This document shows, piece after piece, positions 26,643 through 39,134 of a stretch of DNA of 62,000 nt (position 1 is the stretch's first letter; each line of letters starts with the position of its first letter). The stretch is from Octopus vulgaris. Taxonomy: Eukaryota. A model generated the notes under the pieces. The model did no database searches. It worked only from the letters and a program-made list of their open reading frames with translations, and was not told the DNA's origin. The stretch is taken from NCBI GenBank assembly GCA_951406725.2, contig OX597815.1, positions 35,670,001 to 35,732,000 of the forward strand, given 5' to 3'. The position numbers and the translations under genes were made by a program.

Positions 26643-27140
26643 AGTGGCTAAGCCAGAATAATGTTTTCGCCACTTGACCCTTCTAACCTCTTCTGTTTCA
26701 CCAATAGCTAGAACAGAGACTTCCAACGAAATTTATTGTTCTCAACAATATGTCTATCCTTCGGGCTAGTTTTGGATAGTTATAAAAACAAGAACTCCGT
26801 AAGCCAAAGTCCCTTTAACAAGGAAAAGCAGGCGTCATTTTTCTGTGTAGTAGCCGAATTGAAAGAGACAGTATGGGTGACGCGTGGAAGAAGAATTGAG
26901 ACAGGCAACTTTACCTCCGGGCACAGGTTGATTAGTTTGTTTTTTTTAACTACCACCTGTCCAGAAAGATCAGTCTGGAGAAAAGGTGCCTACCTCAAAG
27001 GACATTTGAGAAAAGATGGACAACTGTCCTAAGGAAGTTGAGAGTGAATGGGGCTGCGCTAGTGTAGCCGGTCTGAGCAGAAAAGAAGAAGAAAAAATAA
27101 CAAAAGAAAAGTTATAAAGTGGAAAAAAAGAAAAAAAAGA
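26640..27140 (+). mobile_element. L1/Tx1-like LINE 3' fragment
   Basis: PFNKEKQASFFCVVAELKETVWVTR..., then frameshifted FNYHLSRKISLEKRCL...FEKRWTTV. Homologous to the 37286-37519 ORF. A-rich end. Confidence 0.7.
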
Positions 27141-27556
27141 CGGCGGATCGAACACGAACCCGAAAAATATTTCATCGTTTAATTTTAAAATTCATTTCGA
27201 TTTTATTGTATTGTGTAAATTCAACGATTTCATTATATCCGATTTTTAGACGAACTAAGTAATGTATAACCCCAGCCCCTAAATGTTTTTAGTTTTGTCC
27301 TTCTGCTGTCCCCTCTGTGTCATGGCCTGTTTGCCAAATAAAAGAAATTAGTTAGTGAGAGCGACCATCAGTGAGTGTGAACGGTCGACCACAAACAAGC
27401 AGGCAACCAAACGGCCAGAGGGAGAAAGAAAGTTACAATCAGCGACTATGCGAGACAACTTCCCTCGATCTCTCACTTTTACTAGCTCACTTTCTTTTCT
27501 CTGTAACATTACCTTATCTCTATCTATATACTACTATGAGAACGTGTACACACATA

Positions 27557-27791
27557 CCTATTTCTTTACTACCCACAAGGAGCTAAACATAGAGTGGACA
27601 AACAAGGACAGGCAAACGGGTTAAGTCGATTATATCGACCCCAGTGCGTTACTGGTACTTATTTAATCGACCCCGAAAGGATGAAAGGCAAAGTCGACCT
27701 CGGCGGAATTTGAACTCATAACGTAACGGCAGACGAAATACCGCTAAGCATTTCGCCCGGCGTGCTAACGTTTCTGCCAGTTCGCCGCCTT
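27557..27791 (-). mobile_element. SINE family B (B1 tail)
   Basis: Full consensus, with short flanking ATACC on both sides. Confidence 0.92.
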
Positions 27792-27883
27792 ATATACCGG
27801 CCGAAATTAACTCTTTTTTACCTCACATGCTTTTCCATTTACTAATTATACATACCAACCCACCGTGGTTTTGAATATATATA

Positions 27884-28298
27884 GGCGCAGGAGTGGCTGT
27901 GTGGTAAGTAGCTTGCTAACCAACCACATGGTTCCGGGTTCAGTCCCACTGCGTGGCATCTTGGGCAAGTGTCTTCTGCTATAGCCCCGGGCCGACCAAA
28001 GCCTTGTGAGTGGATTTGGTAGACGGAAACTGAAAGAAGCCTGTCGTATATATGTATATATATATATGTGTGTGTGTATGTGTTTGTGTGTCTGTGTTTG
28101 TCCCCCTAGCATTGCTTGACAACCGATGCTGGAGTGTTTACGTCCCCGTTACTTAGCGGTTCGGCAAAAGATACCGATAGAGTAAGTACTGGGCTTACAA
28201 AGAATAAGTCCTGGGGTCGATTTGCTCGACTAAAAGGCGGTGCTCCAGCATGGCCGCAGTCAAATGACTGAAACAAGTAAAAGAGTAAAAGAGTAAAG
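27884..28298 (+). mobile_element. SINE family A reference copy (tRNA head, internal microsatellite, TAAAAGAG-type tail)
   Basis: A-box-like GAGTGGCTGTGTGG, B-box GGTTCAGTCCC, internal (TA)n(TG)n, tail AAGTAAAAGAGTAAAAGAGTAAA. Confidence 0.93.
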
Positions 28299-28380
28299 TA
28301 ACGGTAAATAGAAATCTCTTTACAACTTCATTCGCTGTTCTTCAACATGCATTTGCAACTGAAAACATTACCTTTACATG

Positions 28381-28614
28381 TTCTTTTACTTATTTCAGTC
28401 ATTTGACTGCGGCCATGCTGTAGCACCGCCTTCAGTTGAGCAAATCGACCCTAGGTCTTATTCTTTGTAAGCCTAGTACTTATCCTATCGGTCACTTTGC
28501 CGAACCGCTAAGTTACGGAGACGTAAACACAACAGCATCGGTTGTCAAGCGATGTTGTGGGGACAAACACATACACACAAACATACACAGACATACACAG
28601 ATATATATACACAA

Positions 28615-28674
<60 letters not shown>

Positions 28675-28829
28675 GGCGGGCTTCTTTCAGTTTCTGTCTA
28701 CTAAATCCACTCACAAGGCTTCGGTCGGCCCGAGGCTATAATAGAAGACATTTGCCCAAGATGCCACGCAGTGGGACTGAACCTGGAACCATATGATTGG
28801 TAAACAAGCTATTTATCACACATCCACTC
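28381..28829 (-). mobile_element. SINE family A, full length, tail-to-tail with the previous copy
   Basis: Reverse complement of the family-A consensus. Confidence 0.9.
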
Positions 28830-28844
28830 ATATATATATATATA

Positions 28845-29030
28845 GGGAGAATTCACGAAAAAAACAAAAGACGAAGACAGATGGTGTAGAAAACTAATAG
28901 ATGTATTAGTATAACCCTCGGGAATTGAAAAAGTCTTTTACGTTTCGAGCCTACGCTCTTCCATAGAAAGGAACACAGAAAGAAACAAGGAGAGAAAAAA
29001 ATGTGTGTAGTGGCTAACGATCAATCATGG
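28845..29030 (-). mobile_element. Penelope-like short element (subfamily a) with degenerate hammerhead
   Basis: Minus strand CTTT-CTATGGA-A-GAGC GTAG GCTC-GAAA-CGT-A-AAAG at 28935-28970. (TA)n on both flanks. Confidence 0.7.
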
Positions 29031-29033
29031 TGA

Positions 29034-29070
<37 letters not shown>

Positions 29071-29072
<2 letters not shown>

Positions 29073-30347
29073 CATAAGGGACTAAAGCCATCTGAATATG
29101 GCTAGGGACAGGGCAGGGTGGTGGGGGTGTTACTGTTGCATTTAGCCCCAGGCGAACATCGACGTCACCAGAAAGGCTCGACACCGTCACGGTGCCCTAA
29201 ACCTGCAAAGGGAGGTAATTCCCCGATGAAGCGGAAACCACACACGGACCATGGTTTCAAGGTGTATTGCCTATCATCGGCGTGTGGTAGGCCTCCGCTT
29301 CCTCGACGAATTCTCACTATGCAGGATTTCTTATATAGATTTTCAAGCAAAATACATTTGCTGATTTCGAAAATCTGTTCGAAAGCAATAATAATTCTCT
29401 AAAAGGGATATAGACAGTAACTGCTCGATAACATAAGGGACTAAAGCCATCTGAATATGGCTAGGGACAGGGCAGGGTGGTGGGGGTGTTACTGTTGCAT
29501 TTAGCCCCAGGCGAACATCGACGTCACCAGAAAGGCTCGACACCGTCACGGTGCCCTAAACCTGCAAAGGGAGGTAATTCCCCGATGAAGCGGAAACCAC
29601 ACACGGACCATGGTTTCAAGGTGTATTGCCTATCATCGGCGTGTGGTAGGCCTCCGCTTCCTCGACGAATTCTCACTATGCAGGATTTCTTATATAGATT
29701 TTCAAGCAAAATACATTTGCTGATTTCGAAAATCTGTTCGAAAGCAATAATAATTCTCTAAAAGGGATATAGACAGTAACTGCTCGATAACATAAGGGAC
29801 TAAAGCCATCTGAATATGGCTAGGGACAGGGCAGGGTGGTGGGGGTGTTACTGTTGCATTTAGCCCCAGGCGAACATCGACGTAACACCCCCACCACCCT
29901 GCCCTGTCCCTAGCCATATTCAGATGGCTTTAGTCCCTTATGTTATCGAGCAGTTACTGTCTATATCCCTTTTAGAGAATTATTATTGCTTTCGAACAGA
30001 TTTTCGAAATCAGCAAATGTATTTTGCTTGAAAATCTATATAAGAAATCCTGCATAGTGAGAATTCGTTGAGGAAGCGGAGGCCTACCACACGCCGATGA
30101 TAGGCAATACACCTTGAAACCATGGTCCGTGTGTGGTTTCCGCTTCATCGGGGAATTACCTCCCTTTGCAGGTTTAGGGCACCGTGACGGTGTCGAGCCT
30201 TTCTGGTGACGTCGATGTTCGCCTGGGGCTAAATGCAACAGTAACACCCCCACCACCCTGCCCTGTCCCTAGCCATATTCAGATGGCTTTAGTCCCTTAT
30301 GTTATCGAGCAGTTACTGTCTATATCCCTTTTAGAGAATTATTATTG

Positions 30348-30349
<2 letters not shown>
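29071..30349. repeat. 359-bp unit in tandem (2.26 copies) followed by an inverted arm (1.3 copies), in (TA)n
   Basis: Units at 29071-29429 and 29430-29788, partial to 29883, inverted arm 29883-30349. Confidence 0.97.
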
Positions 30350-30397
<48 letters not shown>

Positions 30398-30754
30398 GAG
30401 TAAAAAATTGTTAAATGATTTATTACCAGTGGTCTTCATGTACAATAAAAGTTATAAGACGCAAAATATTTGTTTTTAGAGTGTATAAATTACACGAGGA
30501 GAAAACCATCTTACATGCTGGAAAGGGCTGTCGCAATCTAAACCACGAATAAAATTCTTAAAGCACATTGCTTGTGTGCACTAGAATGAATAAAAATTCA
30601 GTAAACCTTATACTCATGAGTTTCATTATTAAGAATTTATTTCGTGGTTTGGGTTGTGACTGCCCTTTCCAACATTTAAGAAGCCCTATCGATGGTCGTT
30701 TCTTAGTGTATTTATACGCTCTTATAAACATGTATATATATATATATATATATA

Positions 30755-30928
30755 CGCTAGCCACTACACATTTTTTATTTTCTCTCCTTGTTTCTTTCTG
30801 TGTTCCTTTCTGTGGAAGAGCGTAGGCTCGAAACGTTAAAGACTTTTTCATTTCCCGAGCATTATACTAATACAGCTGTTTGTTGTCTACACCACCTGTC
30901 TTCGTCTGGGAATTCCCCCTATATGTAT

Positions 30929-30982
<54 letters not shown>

Positions 30983-31024
30983 ATATATATAGGGGGAATT
31001 CCCAGACGAAGACAGGTGGTGTAG

Positions 31025-31030
<6 letters not shown>
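30755..31030 (+). mobile_element. Penelope-like short element (subfamily a) with inverted duplication of its 3' end
   Basis: Hammerhead-like motif at 30806-30841 (core CTGTGGA). 30881-30920 is repeated inverted at 30990-31030 across a microsatellite. Confidence 0.75.
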
Positions 31031-31103
<73 letters not shown>

Positions 31104-31212
31104 GCAGTATGAAACTTTGAGTAACGATGTTTTCACCTAAAGCTACACACATATTTTCGTTTACTTGCTTCAGTCATTTTATAGCGGCCATGCTGGGGCA
31201 CCACAATTGACT

Positions 31213-31459
31213 CAGTGGTTCTCAACCAGTTTTTGCCCATGTCCACCTTTGATTCTTGTTTTACTCTGCTGGACTTCCAAAGTCATTCAATGTATATTTT
31301 AGAAAATCCCACTGTAGTGGGATTTTTTAAAAATTAAATATCATTAGGAGCTGTATAAAAAGAAAGCAAAATATTTTGTGCATTGTAGAAGTATAAGGAA
31401 TTTATTGCAGATAAATTTTAACAGCAAAATCTTATATGGACCCTGGTTGACAACCACTG
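31213..31459. mobile_element. hAT-type MITE inserted in an old SINE A 3' half
   Basis: TIRs CAGTGGTTCTCAACCAG / CTGGTTGACAACCACTG. TSD not preserved. Confidence 0.8.
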
Positions 31460-31555
31460 CTTTAGCTGAACAAAATGACCCCTGTACTTCTTTCAGGTTT
31501 GATATTCATTCTATCGTTGTCTTTTTCTCGAATATATAAGTTATGAGAAGATATG

Positions 31556-31850
31556 TTTCTTTATTAGCCACACAGGGCTGCACACAGACGGGACAGATTA
31601 CAAAGTAGAGCTTTTCTTTTTGGGGGAAAAAAAAAAGAAAGGTGGGGTAGGTTTTCGATCAAAAGGGATCGTAAAAGGGAAAGAAGAAGAAAAAAGGAAA
31701 AAAAGGAAAAGAAACAAAAGAAAAAAAAGCGATCAATAAGGATCGTGTATCACAGTGTCATGATGTAAAGTGTAAAGGGAGAAGCAGATAAGGTTTATCC
31801 GTGGGAAGAAAAGCCTACGGAAAAGACCACGGTAACCTCGGTCAGTATTG
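31556..31850 (-). mobile_element. Probable L1/Tx1-like LINE 3' UTR
   Basis: Its terminal 40 nt match the SINE B1 tail at 34/40 by my alignment. The body is unrelated to SINE B. Tx1 assignment is inferred from the shared tail with 37019-37079. Confidence 0.5.
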
Positions 31851-32862
31851 TTACATGTTACCACATTTGTTTGCAAGTAGGTAACCCTCTGTTTTAAATT
31901 TCCGGTTCATAGGATTATGCTCAAGGTGGCTTCGTCATTCATACGTGCCATCCTTGCTACATTCACCCATCTTTTTTTAAAACATTCGCTAGACAAAACT
32001 TGCCTCTCTACTCTCACTTTCCTTTTCAAGTGATACGAGAAGATGAACAAATCTAACACTGGTTGTTAAGTGGTGGTTGAGGCGGGGGAGAGGGCAAGCA
32101 CTGACGCACGTGCAAATATATACGAAGGGCTTCCACGCAGTTTCTAAATTCGCTTACTAGAAATTAGTTTGAATGTATGTGTTTGTGCGTGTGCGCACGT
32201 TTGTGATCCACATTTACTGAAGGCGGAACTAATTTTTCCACTAGAAAAATGAAATTTTCCTGGAAATTAAGCATTCAAAGTGAAACACTTGCTTCCAACT
32301 AAATCCTGTGTTACACTTAATCAGCTGACTTTACCAGGAAATATCAATATGTTCTTATTCTCTGTAACAGTGACTACACTCCTATTCTATATAATAGCAA
32401 CGACATGACAATTCTAATGACTTGATACTTTTAGATAACAGCCACTTGAAAGTATTATGTAGCCACTAGGCCTGCTAGAAATTGTAGCCGAATCGCCCCC
32501 AGATCCAAGCCTGCCGTCTTAAATAAGAAAAGGTCTCATTTGATTATGTAGTCCTAGTTATCCCTAAAAAGACCAGGTGATCACAGCTGGAATTTCTTTG
32601 ATCATAAGACTACGTTAGGACTTTGATCATAGGACTACGTTATTAGGACTGAGATAGAGCTACATGCCTACGAAAACAAGGAGTGTTTACAAAGGCTTCA
32701 TCATAGAATGTATTTAATTTCAATGAATGAATATCATAGACTTTTAAGAAAGTTGAAGTAAAACATAAACAAAAAGCTGTTATTTTCTAACAAATAGCTT
32801 TCCTGTTATAGAAATTGATGTCTATATTCTGTAGAATAAATTCGGTATTGGGGGAGTATTTC

Positions 32863-32918
<56 letters not shown>

Positions 32919-33026
32919 TCATAATTAATCAATATAGGGTGGCAAAAAAATTTTGTAGAATTCTTTTGCCACCAGCGGCCTAGTAGGAAAAAATTAAAAT
33001 AGTCATAGACCATTTTTAAGTTCAAC

Positions 33027-33265
33027 ATCAACAATAAAGGAACGGCCATAATAGGCCATTCACCCACTAGAAATAACAGCCAAAGCTTCAACCGCAAATA
33101 AAAGTTAATTCAGTAAACCAGGAGAAAATTTAAAAAACATTTACCCTGTAAATGTTTTTTAAATTTTCTCCTGGTTTACTGAATTAACTTTTATTTGCGG
33201 TTGAAGCTTTGGCTGTTATTTCTAGTGGGTGAATGGCCTATTATGGCCGTTCCTTTATTGTTGAT
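33027..33265. repeat. Perfect 118-bp palindrome, 3-nt spacer
   Basis: 33027-33144 is the reverse complement of 33148-33265, with spacer CCT. The right arm ends in (TA)n. Confidence 0.95.
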
Positions 33266-33296
33266 ATATATATATATATATATATTCTTTTTTCTT

Positions 33297-33522
33297 CTTT
33301 TATTTGTTTCAGTCATTTTACTGTGGCCATGCTGGAGCACCGCCTTTAGTCGAGCAAATCGACACCAGGACTTATTCTTTGTAAGCCTAGTACTTACTCT
33401 ATCGGACTCTTTTGCCGAACCGCTAAGTTACAGGGACATAAACACACCAGGATCGGTTGTCAAGCTATGTTGGGGGGACAAACACAGACACACAAACATA
33501 CACACACACACACACACACACA

Positions 33523-33569
<47 letters not shown>

Positions 33570-33737
33570 TATATATATGCATATATACGACGGGTTTCTT
33601 TGAGCTTACGTCTACCTAATCCACTCACAAGGCTTTGGTCGGCCCGAGGCTATAGTAGAAGACACTTGCCCAAGGTGTCACGCAGTGGGACTGAACCCGG
33701 AACCATGTGGTTGGTATGCAAGCTACTTACCACACAG

Positions 33738-33740
<3 letters not shown>
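33297..33740 (-). mobile_element. SINE family A, full length
   Basis: Family-A consensus. Confidence 0.9.
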
Positions 33741-33785
<45 letters not shown>

Positions 33786-33794
33786 ATTATTATT

Positions 33795-33924
33795 ATTAAT
33801 ATTTAGCAGAAGCAACAGAGTGACTCAAGGTCTGAGAGTTTCGTGCGTCTGCACTGTTTGATAAGTACCAACGCACGAAACACTGGGACCTTGAGTCACT
33901 TTGTTGCTTCTGCTAAATATTAAT
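33795..33924. mobile_element. 130-bp hairpin MITE-like element
   Basis: 38-bp arms (33795-33832 / 33887-33924, 1 mismatch) plus inner TTTCGTGCGT / ACGCACGAAA. Confidence 0.75.
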
Positions 33925-33990
33925 AAAAATATACATATATTTTGGGCTTTGTTTGCACCAACATACCTACATAACTATATGCAGTGTATG

Positions 33991-34060
<70 letters not shown>

Positions 34061-34074
34061 ACAGTTAATAATGC

Positions 34075-34268
34075 GTATCGTTGGCGATTTTTTCCTCCGT
34101 CTTCCCTTCCTTGGATCTTTCCTTTTCCTATGTTTCTGACGAAGAGCTCCGCTCGAAACGTTAAATCCTCCTTCTTTGTTTCCTTTCCTGAGTGTTCAAT
34201 AACACTATATATATTCCACGACCTCGCGTTGTTGTGTTTTCTCTTTGTGTTTTCATGTTTGGATTAAC
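34075..34268 (+). mobile_element. Penelope-like short element (subfamily b) in (TA)n
   Basis: Same element as 53769-53960 and 54982-55170. Carries a hammerhead core. Confidence 0.75.
34132..34166 (+). ncRNA. Short-stem-III (dimer-type) hammerhead ribozyme motif
   Basis: GTTT-CTGACGA-A-GAGC(TCC)GCTC-GAAA-CGT-T-AAAT: intact CUGANGA and GAAA core, palindromic ACGU helix III, short helix I. Confidence 0.7.
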
Positions 34269-34300
34269 TATATATATATATATATATATACACACACATA

Positions 34301-34454
34301 GGCGCAGGAGTGGCCGTGTGGTAAGTAGCTTGCTTACCAGCCACGTGGCACCTTGGGCAAGTGTCTTCTCCTATAGCTTCGGGCCGGCCAAAGCCTTTTG
34401 AGTGAATTTGGTAGACGGAAACTGAAAGAAGCTCGTCGTATATATGTATATATA

Positions 34455-34527
<73 letters not shown>

Positions 34528-34656
34528 TTGTGTGTCTGTGTTTGTCCCCCAACATCGATAGACAACCGATGCTGGTGTGTTTACGTTCATATCACTTAGC
34601 GGTTCGGCAAAAGGACCCGATAGAATAAGTACTAGGATTATATATATATATATATA

Positions 34657-34697
<41 letters not shown>

Positions 34698-34892
34698 GTA
34701 TATATACATATACATACATATACAGGCGTAGGACTGGCTGTGGCTGTGTGGTAAGTAGCTTCCATACCAACCACATGATTCCGTGTTCAGTCCCACTGCG
34801 TGGTATGTTGGGCAAGTGTCTTCTACTATAGCCTCGGGCCGACCAAAGCCTTGCGAGTGGATTTGGTAGACGGAAACTGAAAGAAGCCCGTC

Positions 34893-34893
<1 letters not shown>
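34301..34893 (+). mobile_element. Two SINE A copies (34301-34637 lacking its 3' end; 34725-34893 5' half)
   Basis: Family-A heads. Both terminate in (TA)n. Confidence 0.88.
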
Positions 34894-34928
<35 letters not shown>

Positions 34929-35177
34929 CTGTATGAGTTAGATAGAGGTTGAGAAACCAACTAAGGGATAGCACCTATCCAGTACACTGCTGGTAGTAGT
35001 CTACGCAATTATTCATATCCAAGTACTAGTTATTGTATGCCAATCTTGCAATTGGGCATTATATATGGGTGGGGATAACAAGTGGTTTACCCTTGATTTA
35101 TACGGCAAATAAGAAAACGGAGGGAATATAAAATCGACAGACAGACATCATATCCTCGCTGTTTTCTTATGTATGTG

Positions 35178-35256
<79 letters not shown>

Positions 35257-35529
35257 GTGTGTGTGTGTATATATAAGAGTTACGGAATGGAGTAGGTAAC
35301 ATCCAGGCTACATATGTTTCATAGCGGACGGAACTTCAGAAGTGGTATTCCACCGGCTACCTCTCAGGCCAGGGATATCATGACTAAATTAAAGGTTACA
35401 TTGTCGTAACAAGGACGTACATGCTGACGCATGGAAGATTCAATCAGAATGTGTAGAGAGCATAGTATGAGAGGAGTATATAAATTTAGGGAGAAATAGG
35501 TATACTTATTCCTCCCTGCATTTATCTAC

Positions 35530-35885
35530 TCCTCTCAAACCGTGGATGATCTTTACCAGCGTCGCCTTACTGGCACTTGTGTCGGTGGCACATGAAAAAA
35601 CATTCGAACGAGGTCGTTGCCAGTGCCGCTGGACTGGCTCCTGTGCAGGTGACACGTAAAAAAAAAACACCATTTGAGCGTGGCTGTTGCCAGTACCGCC
35701 TGACTGGTCCTCGTGCAAGTGGCACCTAAAAGCACCCACTGCACTCTCGGAGTGGTTGGCGTTAGGAAGGGCATCCAGCTGTAGAAACTCTGCCGGATCA
35801 AGATTGGAGCCTGGTGCAGCCATCTGGTTCGCCAGTCCTCAGTCAAATCGTCCAACCCATGCTAGCGGACGTTAAACGATGATGA
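35530..35885 (+). mobile_element. SINE family C with RTE-type (GAT)n tail
   Basis: GAGTGGTTGGCGTTAGGAAGGGCATCCAGC...AACCCATGCTAGCGGACGTTAAACGATGATG. Shared with 2545-2712. Confidence 0.75.
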
Positions 35886-35905
35886 TCATCATCATGATGA
35901 TCATG

Positions 35906-35986
<81 letters not shown>

Positions 35987-36224
35987 CTGAAGTACTCAAA
36001 ACCATAAACGGGTAAGTTTATCGGGGAAATACACTTTACACGGGAATTTGAAATAGCGAACATGTTTTATTGAGATCATAACTTGTTTACAGGTCACAGC
36101 CATTTTCAGTACATTTTTCATAAATATAGTGTATTGTTACATTTGGGGATGGTCTTCTTTTGTCAATTAAACACGATTCATTTGATCAAATACATGAAAA
36201 GTAAGCGTTTCTAGGCAGGGAAGG

Positions 36225-36259
36225 ACGGAGGAAGGAAGGAAGGAAGGAAGGAAGGAAGG

Positions 36260-36315
<56 letters not shown>

Positions 36316-36340
36316 GGATGGATGGATGGATGGATGGATG

Positions 36341-36421
<81 letters not shown>

Positions 36422-36466
36422 GTATGTAGGTAAGTAGGTAGGTAGGTAGGTAGGTAGGTAGGTAGG

Positions 36467-36545
<79 letters not shown>
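36225..36545. repeat. Compound tetranucleotide microsatellite (GGAA-GATA-GATG-GATA-GGTA-GATA)
   Basis: Direct inspection. Confidence 0.95.
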
Positions 36546-36546
<1 letters not shown>

Positions 36547-37018
36547 GGTCAACGGTTAAAGTCCAACACTGGATAGCTCATGGAAATTGTAAATTTAAGA
36601 GAAATCAAGTAACAACGGGAAAATGCTGAAATTACATACACGTACCCATAACTTATTGCTTTCCCAATAATTCCTTCCGATGTTTTTTCAGCTAAATTAA
36701 ATAATTACTATGACGTTAGTAATCATTGAAATAAGGAATTATGTGACGTCAATACGAGCCTGCCTTTATTAATCATTTCAGAGTTAAATACACATAAAGA
36801 ATAGAGACATTCTTTCTGCTGATTATATTATTGGTAAGGCAAAGCAGTTGGTTGAATCGATCCGTGAATCCATATGAACACTTTTGTTGCCATTCAATAC
36901 CGTATTAACCGAGTAACAATACCGTATTAACCGTGTGCGCTGGGCTTTTCATTTTCAGCAGCAGCGCGTTAAATGCTTTTATCACTCTTTTTTTTTAATC
37001 TTTAACTGGTTTCAGTCA

Positions 37019-37525
37019 GTTTCTTTATTAACTATAAGGTTTTTAAAAAAGAGGGGACGATAGGAGGACAGACAAAACAAACATTGGAGTCAGGGTTTCG
37101 AATGAGACGAAACGTATGAATAAACAAACAATTAAAATACATACAATTAAATGAGAATGAGTGATTAACAAAAAATGAAGCGGTGGACGCGGTCGACCCC
37201 ACAAACCATATACTCACACTGAAGACTTTGCTTTCTCCTTTTTATATTCTCGTTTAAACAGGTTCTTTCACTCGTAATATACTTGCTATATACTTCCATC
37301 TTTTACGAAACACACTTCGCGACAGGCATTTTTTTCTCCGGCCTTATTTTCCGTTTTCATGTGGAAAACGAAAAAGTCGATTAGCTCGAGACTGGAGATG
37401 AACATGCCTGTTGCAATTCCTTTCACTCTCGTCTTCCATACTACCTCTTTCGCAACAGCAACTATCGAAAGAAAACAGGCTCGGTCCTCCCTATTCAGGG
37501 AGGTCGGGGCTGCGGCCACGTTGGG
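37019..37525 (-). mobile_element. L1/Tx1-like LINE 3' end (ORF2 C-terminus + 3' UTR)
   Basis: SLNREDRACFLSIVAVAKEVVWKTRVKG..., homologous to 26736-27032. The UTR ends in AATAAAGAAA. Confidence 0.72.
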
Positions 37526-37529
37526 GCGT

Positions 37530-38442
<913 letters not shown>

Positions 38443-39134
38443 TCATATCGTACCTTTAAGATTCGTTGGATATTTAAAGTTGATTCAATACTCAGACGAC
38501 ACTTCAAATTAAACGCTTGCAAGCTACCAATTCCGATTCAATGATTCTGCACTTGTTCTTTTACGATAATATGAATCCAGTGCAGCTTTATAATTAGGGT
38601 GGTGTGTCAAGGAAGTGTATTTAACGTGTGCATCTTATTTAAGCACTATTATGAATTCGTGCAACATAATATTTAAGTCTTGAGTTCTTAGATGTGGTTT
38701 TTGAACGAAATCGAGGTCTGTAGAAGATGAGTTCACCCATTCAAATTCGTCAAAGTTTACCACGTCTAAGTCGCACGGTTAACTTCCTAAATGTTTCAAA
38801 TTCATCAACCACCAGGTAAATATCAAGTTCTGGAGTAAAACAACAAACAGTGTAACGAGTATAATCCTTTTATTCATATCGATTATTCCTTCTCTCAAGT
38901 ACCACCCTTATCACCTTTACAAGCTGATCCTCATATATTCATCCTTAAACCCTTTATAAGAGGTTTTGGCCTTCACAATAGCTTAATGTGGTCCTATTCT
39001 CATTAGTTCCTTATATACAAATATCGCACTTATGAAAGCCGAGCAAACAGTAAATGATTTACAGTGGATAATAGTATTCTTATATTGACACAAATCAATA
39101 AATTTGCAGGAGTAGAATCTAATAGATTTAATCT

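Noticed and set aside
27884-27960. tRNA genes
   Set aside because: A/B boxes are present, but they are heads of multi-copy SINEs followed by SINE bodies, with no complete cloverleaf.
29221-29320. Hammerhead or HDV-like ribozyme within the 359-bp unit
   Set aside because: CCGATGA..GAAAC and TTCCTCG resemble cores, but I could not build a canonical helix I/II or the P1/P3 arrangement. Kept only as unexplained structure.
29118-30256. Three-copy 94-aa 'gene family' (MVGVLLLHL...)
   Set aside because: Incidental ORF in the 359-bp repeat, with no recognisable homology or gene structure.
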